The notes below the pieces were generated by a model, which saw only the letters and a program-made list of their open reading frames with translations, was not told the origin of the DNA and did not search any database. A DNA stretch of 64,000 nucleotides, from the NCBI GenBank assembly GCA_012295275.1, contig CM022665.1, positions 24,614,001 to 24,678,000 of the forward strand, given 5' to 3'. Shown piece after piece: positions 36,619 through 50,173 of this stretch (position 1 is the first letter of the stretch; each line of letters opens with the position of its first letter). Position numbers and translations under genes: made by a program. Source of the DNA: Chrysomallon squamiferum (lineage: Eukaryota > Animalia > Mollusca).

Positions 36619-39600
36619 TCACTTGGATGATTCACAATTATCTGACACATGCTGATCAGTTTCCTCTCCAATGTACTGAGAAATATGTTCAACAATTGAT
36701 GAAACAGAACTGTTTTCCAATAAGCCATTTCTCACTGCTTCCAACAGTTGAGGAATAAAAATATCAGAAAAAACATCCAGTGAATTTGGTATAAAATCAT
36801 CCATGTTGATTCTGAAAAGAAAAACAAATATTTTTAAAACATACCCAGTATAAATATATTCATGTACATAACTTGTTGCACATCCAAAATTTAAAACAGT
36901 TGATAATTATCAAATGCTTTGATGTAACGTTAATACTATTCAAGCCTTATGAGTTTAAACTACTTAAAATTATAAAAATTCAAAGTCAGCAATTTTAAAA
37001 ATCTGAAAACCGTATCTTGTAATAATTTATAAAGTAATAATTATCAATTTATTAAGTAAAAGAAATTATTTTTAAAGTAATTTAAAGGCAAACTTACTCT
37101 TCGTCTTTCTCTACTGATATACGAGTCATGACACACGTGCCACAATGCAGCAGTGAGAATTCCAGCCTTTCTTTGATAATCTGGAATTTCAGTATCTGGG
37201 ATTCGTATTTTGTGTTTTTTATTACTGAACCTATTTATGGGAAAAAAAACTGTTGGAGTTACTCAAACTTCATTACCATTTTAAAATTAATTATTATGCA
37301 TTTTCACATTATTATTAAAAGATCGTTGGCAAAAATTGTATTAAATAATTTTCTATCACATAATTCTTATTAAACCTGTATTAACAAATTAACATAACAG
37401 CTGCAGGACCTGGGCTAGCACAGTAAAAACAATTACAATTTACAACTGTTAGGTAAAAATTTTAACCTCATTTTCTTCATTTCCCACCAAAGGATTTCCA
37501 CACATTTAAACCTAAATTGTTCCATTATGAAGATTTAATTATTTTGAAAATAAAAATGATTATATTACCTGCCTCAATCATCTCTTCTAGTTCCCTGAAC
37601 CATTTTGATAAAAAACCTGTCTTTCTTCTGTTTTCTGGAAATAAATCAATCAAGAATATATTCCATTTTCAGATTTTGGTAATTAAAATACTTTCTGCAA
37701 TATTTCAGAATGGAAAGATTCTTTAAATTTAATAACCAATATTTTGAAAAGTATTTTATTACTGTAAAATGACATCATGATATAAAGAAAAAAATTGAAA
37801 TAAAAGCAAAAACACATTTAATTTTTTTTTAAAGCATACTAACTCAGATTATAACTTTTGCCAAAAATCTCAAAATTCGGGGAGCCATAACTCCCACACC
37901 ACTGGTTTGACTGGACTAAAATTTCAGATTTGGTGCTGTGGGATCCCTGTCAACAAGTACATAAACGGTCGGGTACATGAGACGGTCGGGTTTAAATTTT
38001 CATTTTTTTGGGGTGATTTGACATGGAATGACCCCATATTTTTATTTTCCTTACCACCTTTTATAGCTGACAGCATCAAGTCTGCTTCACGTGTCATGTT
38101 CTTAAACTTAATCTGTTCTTCCAGTTCCAGTGATTTAATTTTCTGACGATGTATTTCAGATGCTAGAGGCAATACTTTATAATAACTAAAAAAGTGAGAA
38201 ACAAATGTTTAGTAAGTTTTTTTTTCTATAACCACCATAATTAAATTCTTGAGTCACATAATATTTTATAGCATGTACATTTACGATTTATGCAAATAAT
38301 AGATTTTAATGTACATTTTGAAATTACATTCCTGCAGAAAATTATGCTAATTACTTTAACCGATTAAGGTCGAATTATGTTTATTAGTAGAGGGTAAAAA
38401 AAAAATTTACATAAAGGAACATTATTCAGCACAAACATCTTTTTTGTTTCTCTGTCCATTTTCTCAGTAACTGTTGCCGTATCATTTTGGACAATTTCTT
38501 CCAAAAGCTGTTTCTTCCTTGACATCAGTTTATGTTTAATGTGTTGAAGTTGGGAAATTTCCATTTTAACCTGAAAAAATAGAAAACTATTTTAATTATG
38601 AAATTGTTATTTTTATATCTTCTAGCCAAATGTTTAGTTTTAAAAACATTTATAAATGAGGATAAAAGGTATTTAAGGCCAAATGAAGCAAGGTTAGTCT
38701 AGCTGCTTGACAATAACTAAACAATAGGTAATTTTATAAATTTATTTACTGAATAACAGTGGCCATAAACAACTGTATTGACACCTGCAGGAACTGTAAA
38801 GAACCGTGTAAATTTGTGGGGTTTTTTTTGGTACCATCAGCTTTATTTCTGTAGCAGACTTCCTATCATGACCTATGTAATAACCTTTCTCACCTATTTG
38901 CAAAGAGAAAATGAAACTTAAGTTAATGAAATCCATTCATAATCTTTGTTCTGATAAGCCTTTTAAAAGCTGATAAAATACTGTTTTCTGAATGTATATT
39001 ACATTTTGTTTTACTTTTCTTTTAAATAAAGACTGTTGTATTTTGGAGTAATGAAAAAAGATCAGGCAAATTTTTATTAATGTGCAGAAATGTTTGAAGA
39101 TTAGCTTTAACAGGTTACTTGTTAAGCGGTAAAAAATGACATTGCTCTTTGTGGTACTTGCTAGTTTTGATAAAGTTTGTTTCAAAGTGTAAAATAAATA
39201 AATAGTTTCATTTGTTATTACAATATAATATATTATTAACAAGTATTATTAGTTTTTGGTGCACCCATTTTTCTTGAAGAAAAATAATGATACAATCAAA
39301 ATATGAACTATATATATATATATATATATATACATATGACCCATTCTCAAAAGGTGAGCCTTTTTGTGTGACACAAAGGCATTATTTTGAAAATTATTTT
39401 TAATAAATTTAAGAACTAGAAGATAGTCCGAGACCATTTGTTGATGGTAAAGGTCATTACCCAAAACAAGCTTGATATGATCAGATGTGACTGATGACAC
39501 GAAAACAAGTCAAACAAAATGCTATAATAATAACAACTGGAACAGGTTGCTAAATGTGCATTAACTTATTAAGATAGGCTACTTTAAACATCTGAATAAA

Positions 39601-41743
39601 TGTTCTTTTATCGTTTAAATGTCAGTAACATTGAATCAGGGTCCTATGTTTTATGTTAAGTGTAACCTTGAAAGGAACTACAAAACAAAAATTTTTACTT
39701 GACACAAATACAGTTTATTTCATGGTAAGTTAAAAAAAAAAAAGAAATTCATAAAACATTTGATAATACATTAAAATATTCTTGTCATCAACACATCTGT
39801 GTACATTATTATACATTTTTCATATTTATATTTTATTTTAAAAACAAGGAACTAGACATAATATGACAAACGTAACACAGTACTAGAAATTTATTGTTTC
39901 ACTGTGATAATTGAAGTGATAAAATTATATGAAAAGCCAAACAAAAATTAGACTTTCACTGCTGCAGATGTCAAATGGCTGAATGTTCCTGTGATGCATC
40001 TTGCAAAAAACTTTCCAGTTTCTAGCAGGATAAATTACATTAGTCACACATTTTGAAACTTCCACTGCAGCAAATAACTGCCACAACACCCTGAATGTGT
40101 TGCTGTGAATGCAGGAAAATGTTTCCTGGTACAAAGTCATCTTTATCCCAGCTGTAGAAATATCATTTGAAAATTCATGACTAATTGTAGCCAGTGAGCT
40201 GATTGACTTCTGGTCTAATCCCTAGTTTCTAGGTGTGATATTTCTCTTCACCTGATGATATCTCCATGACCAGTCTGCAGTGCATCTTGATGTGATGATC
40301 CTCCTTTCCGTAAAAGAGAACACTGAGAATTTTTGGGCTAAAATTGCCATTGTTTTACACTTCTGACATGAAAGAAACTGGAGGGGCCATCTTCAAGGTA
40401 TAGATCAACTGCTGTTGTGTAAGTCCTCTCTGAACATCTTCGACAGTCACTGTCTCAGCTTTCAAAGGAAATCTGCTTTCAGATTTGACCTCTTTTCACA
40501 AACTCAGAAGCTTCTCGAATGTCAAACAGCTGCTCAGCTTGAAATGAAGTTTCAGCTGACTGGTTCTTTTTTTTTTTGCATTTTGCACTGAAGTGGTGTC
40601 TTGTGAGAGGACCCTTTCAGTACACAGTTCAGTGCACTTGGTCATGGATGCAGTTTTTTCAATTTTGTTGCCGACCACATCGGTTATTTTGTTTTTGCAT
40701 CAACCATTATTATGCAGCAGTGTTGTAGTCCCTAAATGCAATAAAAACTTTTATAATAATATCACTGAAAAATGTGGTTGGATGTGGTAGAATGCTTGGT
40801 TGTGGTTTTTTCAGTTCAATGACAAAAATAATAAATTGCTTAACATGTCTTTATTTTGCCTTTGTTGTCACTAAACTGAAGCAGACTACTTTCTAGTCAT
40901 ATGATACTGCAACAATCTTGATTGGCACTTCATAGTATTTAACAAGTTTTTTCAGGATTTGATTTTGCTCGCATGTGATCAAGTGGCAAACATTTATCGA
41001 CAGAAATACAAAAAAAAGTTCACTAAGGCAAGATAAATGTCTAAATATTTAAACTAAACAATGCAAACATCATATTATTAATGAAAGACAACACATTAAT
41101 GAACTTGTTACAGTAATTTATTAAAACATTTTTAACTAAATTGTGATTTGCAGAATTTGTTTTCACGATCAAGTGCCAAATTTAAGAAAAAAATGAAAAA
41201 ATAAAAATATCACTTCATTTTCATGGAAAGAACTACCAAAGTGTTACCAATCCATAAATCAATTTTGTTTTGCATAGCATTTATTATTTAACAGCAGAGG
41301 TGCATTTTGAAAACTGTTTGAATGTTGTTGTTTGCATCACGTTTTCACATGAAATTTTCTTACACTTTTCAGTTCATTCGCTCAAATAAACCTTTTTTCT
41401 TCTTTCTTTTAAATGTTACAAACAGTGAAACACCTTGTTGTTATATGTAATTTTTGTTACTGCATCATTCCAATTTGCATATTCTACTCGGTGAAAAAAA
41501 AAAAGTAGGTCACTTAAGATTAAACATGGTAAAGCAGGAACCATCAGTACAAAGCAGGAACCATCAGTACAATTCAGCTTTTGAGTATGGGTCATTTTTA
41601 TATATATATACATAACTAAAACTGAGAAATCACTTTACTTTGGATTTATTTACCTTTTCGTTTTCTCGGTCTCTGAGAGTCTGAATCGTGTGATTTTTGT
41701 TATTGATTCTGCACATCTGAATTTCACTTTTCCATTCCACCAT
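36619..41743 (-). CDS. Gene D: uncharacterised ~253-aa protein, N-terminal coiled coil plus C-terminal alpha/beta region
   Basis: Phase-consistent GT-AG exons 41743-41654, 38570-38411, 38174-38055, 37634-37569, 37230-37098, 36811-36619 (762 nt, open frame). Exon 1 is the least certain. Confidence 0.7.
37845..38036. mobile_element. DNA transposon end fragment in a gene D intron
   Basis: GC/CpG-richer island with duplicated ACGGTCGGGT, ending in GGGTGATTTGACATGGAATGACCC (TIR-like). No partner end found. Confidence 0.35.
39930..40730 (-). mobile_element. Decayed DNA-transposon coding remnant, possibly Academ-like transposase
   Basis: GC-richer block with stops in all frames. Frameshifted pieces read ...PK...RL/GHG/IS... 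and SWDKDDF.../QETFS...VLWQ, recalling the 'RLGHxISY' and 'WDNxDFxEET' motifs of large invertebrate transposases. Confidence 0.4.
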
Positions 41744-41879
41744 TATTAAGGATAAACCGTATACCGTAGCTCCAAGTATTCTGCTCTTTAGAAACTGTAT
41801 GGCCCTTCCCAATACTAATTTAGACAATGTTCCAATATGCTTATTTTTATCAGCCGCTGAGAGGGGTAAAACTTCTAGC

Positions 41880-42050
41880 ACGCTTGTTTAATCAACCTAA
41901 TTGCTCCGGAAACAACTTAAACAGGATGTTCCGGACGAATAAATACGCATGCTCTTCCTAAAAGAACTACTTCCTATAATAAACATATTTTCAGAGGAAA
42001 AAAAAAAATAAAAAAAAAATTAAATTAAATTTAAAAATAAAAATACAGGA
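41880..42050. promoter_or_regulatory. Bidirectional promoter between gene D and DRAP1
   Basis: Start codons ~307 bp apart and divergent. ETS-like CCGGAA (~41907) and TTCCGG (~41929), NRF1-like ACGCATGC (~41945), local CpG enrichment. Confidence 0.6.
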
Positions 42051-45000
42051 ATGCCAAGTAAAAAGAAAAAGTATAATTCTAGATTTCCACCGGTAATTTA
42101 TTTTCTTTATATTTAAAATATTTATATTTAATTCTGACAGGTTATCGATGATTTTAAAATATTAAAATGTCTATTATTTTAGGCACGAATAAAGAAAATT
42201 ATGCAAACTGATGAAGAAGTTGGAAAAGTTGCAGCGGCTGTTCCAGTGATAATTTGTATCCTTTTGTCGAGTCACCTAAATGACACAGTGAACAATCTTT
42301 CCCCTTATTTAAAACCAGATTAACAAGGCACAGGTAATCAAGAAACCAGTGTTCTGGCTGTTAACGGAAAATGGCTTCAACACAGGCACATTATTATTAT
42401 ATTTATAATCACATGATCAGTGTGAACAATTAATATTGTATCGTAATGAGTATACTACATTAGCCAATCAGTAAAAACAATAAACTCCTTTTCAACATGA
42501 ATGATGAAAATATAAAAAATTATAAAAGCACATTCTGTTAAGTAGATTTAGATATTACTTATATTACTCATTAATGTGCTGTTAATTCAGAAGAAATTAA
42601 ATCATATTTTTTTATTCTTAAAAAAAATAATAAAAATAAAAATTAATAGTCTTTCCTAAAAAAAAAACCCTGAATTTATAGTACATATAAAATTGGAAAC
42701 CAAATTATTTGGAAAAATTCAGTAAAATAATGTATGATGTGTGTAAAAATGAAGAAAATAGTAAAGAAAATATTTTAATCTTTCATTCTGTTTCACTTAT
42801 GTTAGTATATTATAGATTCAAACTCCCATTTAACTAGAATTATATGTTTTAATTAATGCTTTTTAAAATGAAACAAAACAGTAAGATTCAGTTGCATATA
42901 TAACAGAGTAAACCAGGTTATTAACATATGCTGTTTATCCATTTCTTCAGTGGTTCATTCTAATTTCATCTATGTTCGAATGAAAGTTTTCAAATGCCAC
43001 AGTTACAGATTAAGTATTGAATACAGATGTTACTAATTTTAGGAAAAGATTGAAAAGTAACTGAATAGGAGATATCTTGTTTATTTACACTATTAGACAG
43101 TCATAATTTGAAACATCTGTTACACTAAATGTTTCATCCTTAACCTGTTTCAAGCTAGAGCACTTGAAATGTTCATTCAGTCTCTTATTTTGAAATCTAG
43201 TGAGACAACTACAGCCAGAAATGCCAAAACGCTTACTCCCTCGCATATGTAGGTGTTGACAGTTTTGTTTTATGTCTGATTGATAAAATTTAAAAACAGT
43301 TTTGTACAGCTGTGCAAAAAAAAAAAAAAAAAATGAAATCAATTTTTTTAATCATTTTACCCCAATTAAATTTAATAACTGCAATATTTTATTTCATTAA
43401 ATCAAGTTTATATCAATAAAGTTTTGGAATATTTCAAAGGTTTACATTAATTACCATTTCAAATAAACAACTTAAAATGCTTATATATGTGTATGAAATC
43501 CATCTTTACTTATTTACTATTACTGTTACCTTATTTTTTTCACATGTTAAAATAACTGTTGTATTAACATATGTTTTATTGATAGATTTAACAAAAATTT
43601 GATTATTTATTTTGAAGAAAACAGACAATTCATGCTGAGAAAAACTTTGATTTTCTACATGATCTTGTATCAAACATTCCTGACCACCAGCAAGAAGATG
43701 ACTCTGTTAATGCTGGTGAACCAAAAAAATGTAAAATTGGCAGGTATGTTTATTATCTCCTTGAAATATCACATGAAATGTAATAACTAGAGGCGTAATG
43801 GTAAGATTATATTTTTATTTGTTTGTTGACAAATCCAGTTTGGACCTATGTTGAACACTGTTTATGATACATCAAGAATTTTATAATACTAGAATATGCT
43901 TTGCTTCAGTGAAAATGAACCAATCATTTGATCTGATATGATAGTAATTCTCTTTGATACATCTATTGGCCTAGCTGGACTTTGAGTTACATGAAAATGT
44001 GTTCAGTAGTTTTTAGGCATTTATTTATTCACTGTTATTTGACTTTGAGCTTAAAATAATCATGTAAAGACATTATAACACTAAAGTAATGCCTTAAATA
44101 AAATATTGCCTGTAATAAATATTGCCTTAGAAATGTGCAAATCTATTTTAATTGTTTTTATTATAATTTAGTATACTTGAAATATTTCTTATCTAAAACC
44201 TAAGAATTATACACACACATGTGCATATATAAATACATATATCCATTAACACACCCCCATATCATATAGTTACATATATATATATTTTCTTTTTTCCAAT
44301 TTTTTTAAATTACTGATTTATGAAAATATTTTTGAAAGATACCATCCATAAAGAAAATTTTGTGTACATTGTGTGATAAAATTTATATATGCTGTATTTT
44401 ATAGACCTAGGAAACAGCATGAGGCTGGTTGTTCAAGAAAAATAAAAGACAGAAAAGTATCATCAGATAGTTCGGAAGTTAATGTAAGTTTTTTTTGTGT
44501 CTTTTCTGTCGAATAGTTTTTCTTAATTTTCGTTCTACTTTCTTTTTCTTTTCTTTTTTCCTTTTGTCCTTTCTTTTGGACATAAGGTATGTTATACATC
44601 ATTTTTTTTACATACATTTAGCATGGTGAAGCATTTATTATTTAAACATTTTATATTATCTCACTAAGTTTTTACTTCCTTACCACCATTTAATAATCTG
44701 GGTATAATTAATTTATCAGGATAGCATCAGAATGTAACACTAGCATTTTTTTATATTTTTAATTAGGATGATGAAGAGACAGAAACTGATGAAGATCAAG
44801 ATCAGTATGAAAGTGAGGATGCTAGACCTGCTCCTACAACAGGTACCATTCCAACAGGAGCCCTCCCAGCCGGAGCCATGCCAACAGCAACAGCATCCAC
44901 AGGAACAATGTCAGCAGCAATATCTGTAACTGGTGTACGCACTGCCTGTAATTCTCATGATATGAATCCTTCCACTCAGCATCCTCTGCCTTTGTCCCAC

Positions 45001-45808
45001 CTACAAGGATTGCAACAGCAGCAGCCACATCCAACATCATTTAGCAGGTATTTCTCGTCTTACCCTAGAATGTTTAGCTTTATTTATTTTATGCTAAGTA
45101 ATATATATGTGTATATTTTTTAATTTTAAATGTTATGTTTAAATTAAATATAATTTGCATTACCATGATAATTATTTTTCACATAGAAGTTGGGTTTTTT
45201 TAATTATGCTGCTGTATGATTTTTAAGTGTATGTCATTTGTTATGAATCTATCAGATTGAAATTTGTCATTGGAGCTTTTGATATCATGTACATTTTACA
45301 AAGATGAAAAATGTTTAGTTTTGTACACTATAACCAATGAGTATATGTATTAAAATGATGCATTTAATTGTCATAAATATAAAATCTTTAGAATATTTCA
45401 AGGAAAAAAATATATTGACTGGGAAACTTTTCTGTTATTTTGGTAAATTCACTGTTTGAAAATATTGGAGTGATATCAATATATTTATTATTTTGACATT
45501 TCTGTAAAAATAAGCCATCAGTGTCGTGCAGACACATTTATTCATTTTGTCATGTATGTTTGATAAAGCTGTTTTAACATCTTTATTGCAGTGTACCTCC
45601 ATTCCAGAATCCTATTCCTGGGATGTCCCAAGCTGCACCTTTTTATCCAATGCCAGCGATGGGTGGAATGCCATCATCACTCCTGCCAGCAATGCCACGA
45701 ATGTCTTGGACTTCTCAGTTTGCATCATCAAAGTCTGACACAGCTAATCATTCTCATTCATGGAAAGCTGATCATGGATTGAAGCAAGATGATGATTACG
45801 ATGCATAA
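42051..45808 (+). CDS. DRAP1: Dr1-associated corepressor (NC2 alpha, histone-fold), ~303 aa
   Basis: Exons 42051-42092, 42183-42255, 43155-43248, 43618-43743, 44405-44483, 44767-45047, 45592-45808. Translation begins [45 protein letters not shown], includes [13 protein letters not shown]...FDFLHDLV, then an acidic/Pro-rich tail ending DDDYDA. Confidence 0.96.
42256..43154 (+). other. U12-type GT-AG intron (DRAP1 intron 2)
   Basis: 5' site GTATCCTTT at 42256; branch site TCCTTAAC at 43137-43144, 10 nt before the 3' end (AG at 43153-43154); no polypyrimidine tract. Confidence 0.92.
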
Positions 45809-47894
45809 CATTTTGTACCAGCCGGCTCAGAAAATTGTTTTATTACTAAAAATATTGATTTGCAGACAGATTTGTGTTTTGCAAGAGTTTGAATTTTAAA
45901 CTACATTGGTTTTAAGAAATAGATGGGGTTTTGTTGTTATTGTTGTTTTATGCCTTGTGTGTAATGCTCAGTGCATTTCAAGTATGGTTATGCTTGTGGG
46001 TGGGGTTGACTAATTCGTTATGTGAAGAACTGTTCAGTAATTAATTCTGTTAATGAACAGTCTTGTTTTGCCTCTTTTTTTATATCACGTTTAATACCAA
46101 GAATGCTTCCATTTTGCTCAAGTTTAACTGTTATCTTTGAATGCTGTTCTGCCTGATGTTTAATATTTTTATTTTCCTCACCTGTACATCAGTCATGTTT
46201 GAGGTACTTATACTTGAATCACAGTGAGAGTGGAAATGTTAGAATTATTCTTAGAGTTTGATTATTACCCATTCTTATATCAGTTTATTTCTGATATTTT
46301 TTTCTTGTTGTTAGTTCTCTAGGCCATTTTGTACTACATTAATTGGGTATTGAGGATGGGGAAAGAGTTTCTTTTCACAAAATACCTACTTGATAAATGT
46401 TATTCACTTTGATTTTTCAGAATATATGTTAGCGTGATTTCTGCATGTAAATTGGTAATGAAATGTTATTGGATATTGGCTTTTCATGTCTGCAGGAGTA
46501 TATAGGTTAAAGATTTTGACTTGATGTCAAATAATGAATAGCAACAACCTCTGGTCATTTGTTAAAGGTAAGGGATTACAGTTATACTGTGACATTGCCA
46601 AATCATAGCAAATTAATGTTGGAATGTTATTTTAAGTATATATTTTTTGATTAACAACATTTTAATTAACACAGATGTTATTTATCGTTAAATTGATTAT
46701 TTTACATAACAAAAATGTAATAGTCACCAAGACTTTTGACTGCTTTACAGCTGTCAGTGGTAAGCTCTCATTCTAAACAGAGTGTCATTCCTTTAATAAA
46801 ATGCATTTTACAAAACTGAAAAACTGATCAGTGATGGGTCCTATGTTTTTTTAAATTTAAAATATTTCACATACATGTAATACAATTACTTTATTAAAAG
46901 TTAATAAAGTAAATTAGTTAATTTTTATTATTTTCAGCAAGAAACACACTAAGTTAACAAATTTTGCACAAAATTCCATCCAAAAATAGATTGTCCTGCA
47001 AAATCTGTATTCTGTTAATAGGATAGTCACCTATTTGGAATGAGATTCTGTCCATTATTGGATTTAACAGCTACCATATCCTGTAAATCTAATCTGATGT
47101 TGTTAAAGAACTCAAATGGACAGGAGACTTCTAATGTTGTAAAGATTTGAGTGTATAGCTTATTGGCAAAGAAAATGAAAATTAGTTCTCTTATAGTTTA
47201 CTTCAAACTGTTTTTTCTTTGTATGTAAATGTGAACTTATACAAAGCAGTGATTAGTGGTATGTATCAAGGTCACATAAGTACATTTGTTGATTTATTGT
47301 TTATCATATTGATGACCAAAAATTTTGATACCCTAGAATAGAGATAGAAAAGAAAAGACAGTAGGAATGCCAGTTTGATAGGTAATTTGTGATAACCTTT
47401 GTTGTGGAGAAACTGAAATGTTTGTGAAATTATTTGTCATCAGAACAGAAACTAATATTTCAGTAACTTTCTAACACATTTGGAAATAATTGTATTTCTT
47501 AAAACAATGGTTGGGTTGGGAAAACAATTTAAGAAATAAATAATAATAAATTTAAATGTTTGTCAGGATGAAAAGACAATGATTTTAGACATTTTATTTT
47601 GTTTTAGAAGAATATGGTAGTATTAATCTATCATATTGAAATTTATTGTTGGACATTTTGATGTCATGTAAAAAAAGTTGAAAAGCAATATTTTTGTACA
47701 TTGTGTAAGTATTAAACTTTGTTGATGTTGAATACAGTTTGTTATTTTTTTCACTGACTCAGTAAACTTGTTATTATTGTTATTAATATTTTATTGATGC
47801 AAATGAATATCTAAATAATCTGTATATATCAGTACTTAAAAAATAATTATTAATATTTTTATTTTGTTTTATTTTTTTGAAATATAAAAACCAA

Positions 47895-48400
47895 CAATAA
47901 GTAGTCATATCTTGCTTAGAGGCAATGACTGCATCATTGTTGAATGGTAAAGAAAAAGAAAAAAGAAAAAAAAAGGAATACAAAAGGTGTATTATTGTAT
48001 TACATTACATTACAATCATGCTTTATTAATAGCACAGACTAATAACAAAACAATTATTTTAAATTATACAAAACATACTTTGGCTGGTATATTAATACCA
48101 TATAATGCTTATAAATAATATTGATGTTTTTTTTGTTTGTTTTTTTAAATATAAGGACCAACTTTGGTAATAATAATGTATGACAATAAGTAGTCATATC
48201 TTGCTTACAGGCAATGACTGCATCATTGTTCAATGATTATAAAAAAAAGAAGAAAAAAAAAGGAATACATTACATTATGTTATAATCATGCTCTATTATT
48301 AGCACAGACTGGGTCCAGTAACAAAACAATTATTTTAAATTATACAAAACATACTTTGGCTGGTATATTAGCACCATATAATTCTTATAAATAATACTAT
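47895..48400. repeat. Tandem duplication, ~289-bp period
   Basis: CAATAAGTAGTCATATCTTGCTTA(G/C)AGGCAATGACTGCATCATTGTT... at ~47895 and ~48184, continuing through CATACTTTGGCTGGTATATTA in both copies. Confidence 0.85.
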
Positions 48401-50173
48401 ATATGTGTATGATATATATATATATATATATATAAAACAAGATAAAGCTAAATGTGAGGCGATACATTTAAGATTGGTGCTCTTTCTCTGTTATATCCAG
48501 CTAATATATATCTTAAAAGCAAAAGTACATTTAAAATTCAAACCTAATTATTTTCTTTGTGCAATTCTGGTGATCATGATGCTGTTCAGTTAATCAACCC
48601 CACCCTCTTGAACATGTAAGCAAGCATATTATTCAGTCTGTGCATGGTAGAACAAAGTTAGTCTACAATTCCTTTGATGTCACTAGAGAACCTCAGAGAA
48701 AACTATAGATGCACAAACCATTTTACACCAGTTGTGTGGCACTAGGTAGATAGTGAAACAGACAATATAGAGAATTAATGCTTAAACCAAACTTGTCTTA
48801 GGTCATCAAGTTAGCACCGAGTTACAGTCCATCCTAAATAAAACGGAAGAAAAAACACAAAATAGGATATGCTTGTTTTGTTATCACCTCCTACACTGTA
48901 TTTAGATATTACAGACTAATAACAACAACAACAACAACAATAATAATAAAACCATATATTTATGCTGTGATGGTATCTAATAAACTAGGTACGAATTAAA
49001 ACTATAAACAAAATCACTTTAATTTCATCATTTCATTTTGGATTTAAGGTTTCTAAACTTTATTTAACTGTTATTCCACACACCCCAGAAGAACTGAATG
49101 AATGAATGAAAAAAATTAACGTGCTAATCAGAGCTAGCTGTTGTGAAACACGTTAGAAGAACAGAAGAACTGAAGAATCGTTTCTCTTATACAAAGCCCG
49201 TGTGCTCAAAAGTCGAAGTTCTTATCGATTTCCTAACTGGTGGGTCAATACTCTTGGGTACAGTTATCTCCCTTATACTACCGAAAGTAACACACGGAAG
49301 AAATTGGGGAAAGTCAAAGTCCGATGATTTTCATTCTACTTCCAGTTTCTTTTGCGTAACATGGTAAGACCTTTTACTGTTTACGTTTTATATTGAAATC
49401 AGTAAAGGTAATTCATTTCAATTCAGATTCCAAGAAAGGAAGTTCCAATAACGTTTTTCACAGTAACTCAGCAGAGGCTGAAAAAAGGTCAGTGTCAGAT
49501 GAAAAAATCACAAAGTCTGTGACTCAGAAAATTGAGAAATCTCATCGATTAACGACTGCATCATTCCTTGTTATATGTAATAATATTGATTAATGCTGAA
49601 GATAATAATAACATAACTGAACATGTATGACACCAAACAGCACAGAGCTAAGTGGAACTTCAGACTATTTGAATTAAATTTTGAATAATAATAATAATAA
49701 TCCTTAAAATTACAAATGATTAAAATATTATGATATTAATATAGCATTATAACTGCTAAATTTGTCATTTTTATTTATTTATTAGTTATTATTATTGACT
49801 GACTCATTGCTTGATTGACTGGTTCTTTGATTGGTTTATCATTGGATATTTAGTTTGTCTGTGGCTCTGTGACCAGTTACGGTGAATAATCTAGATTTAT
49901 ATGTGGATAGAGAGAAATGGTCTGTGATGATCATAAAAAATGTGTTTAATTTCATTTATATTTAATTTCTGTGGATTTGCAATAATAAATTTATATCATT
50001 GTTTGGACTTTCTGTGTACCTACCTAAAGAAAAAAAAGAAAAACAAGTTGAATAAATAAATTATTGTTATTTTGCTGTTCATTTGCTGTTATTAATACAA
50101 CATTTTGTTTTTACTTTTGTGATTATTTAATTTTTAAATTGTTTTTAGCTATTTAACCAAGTATACTAATCAG

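Noticed and set aside
36619-41743. Gene D as C11orf68, the head-to-head neighbour of human DRAP1
   Set aside because: No GKW-type motif or other resemblance in the translation.
48590-48840. Possible SINE or tRNA-derived element (also isolated B-box-like motifs near 53852 and 59959)
   Set aside because: No A-box/B-box pair, cloverleaf or second copy in the window.
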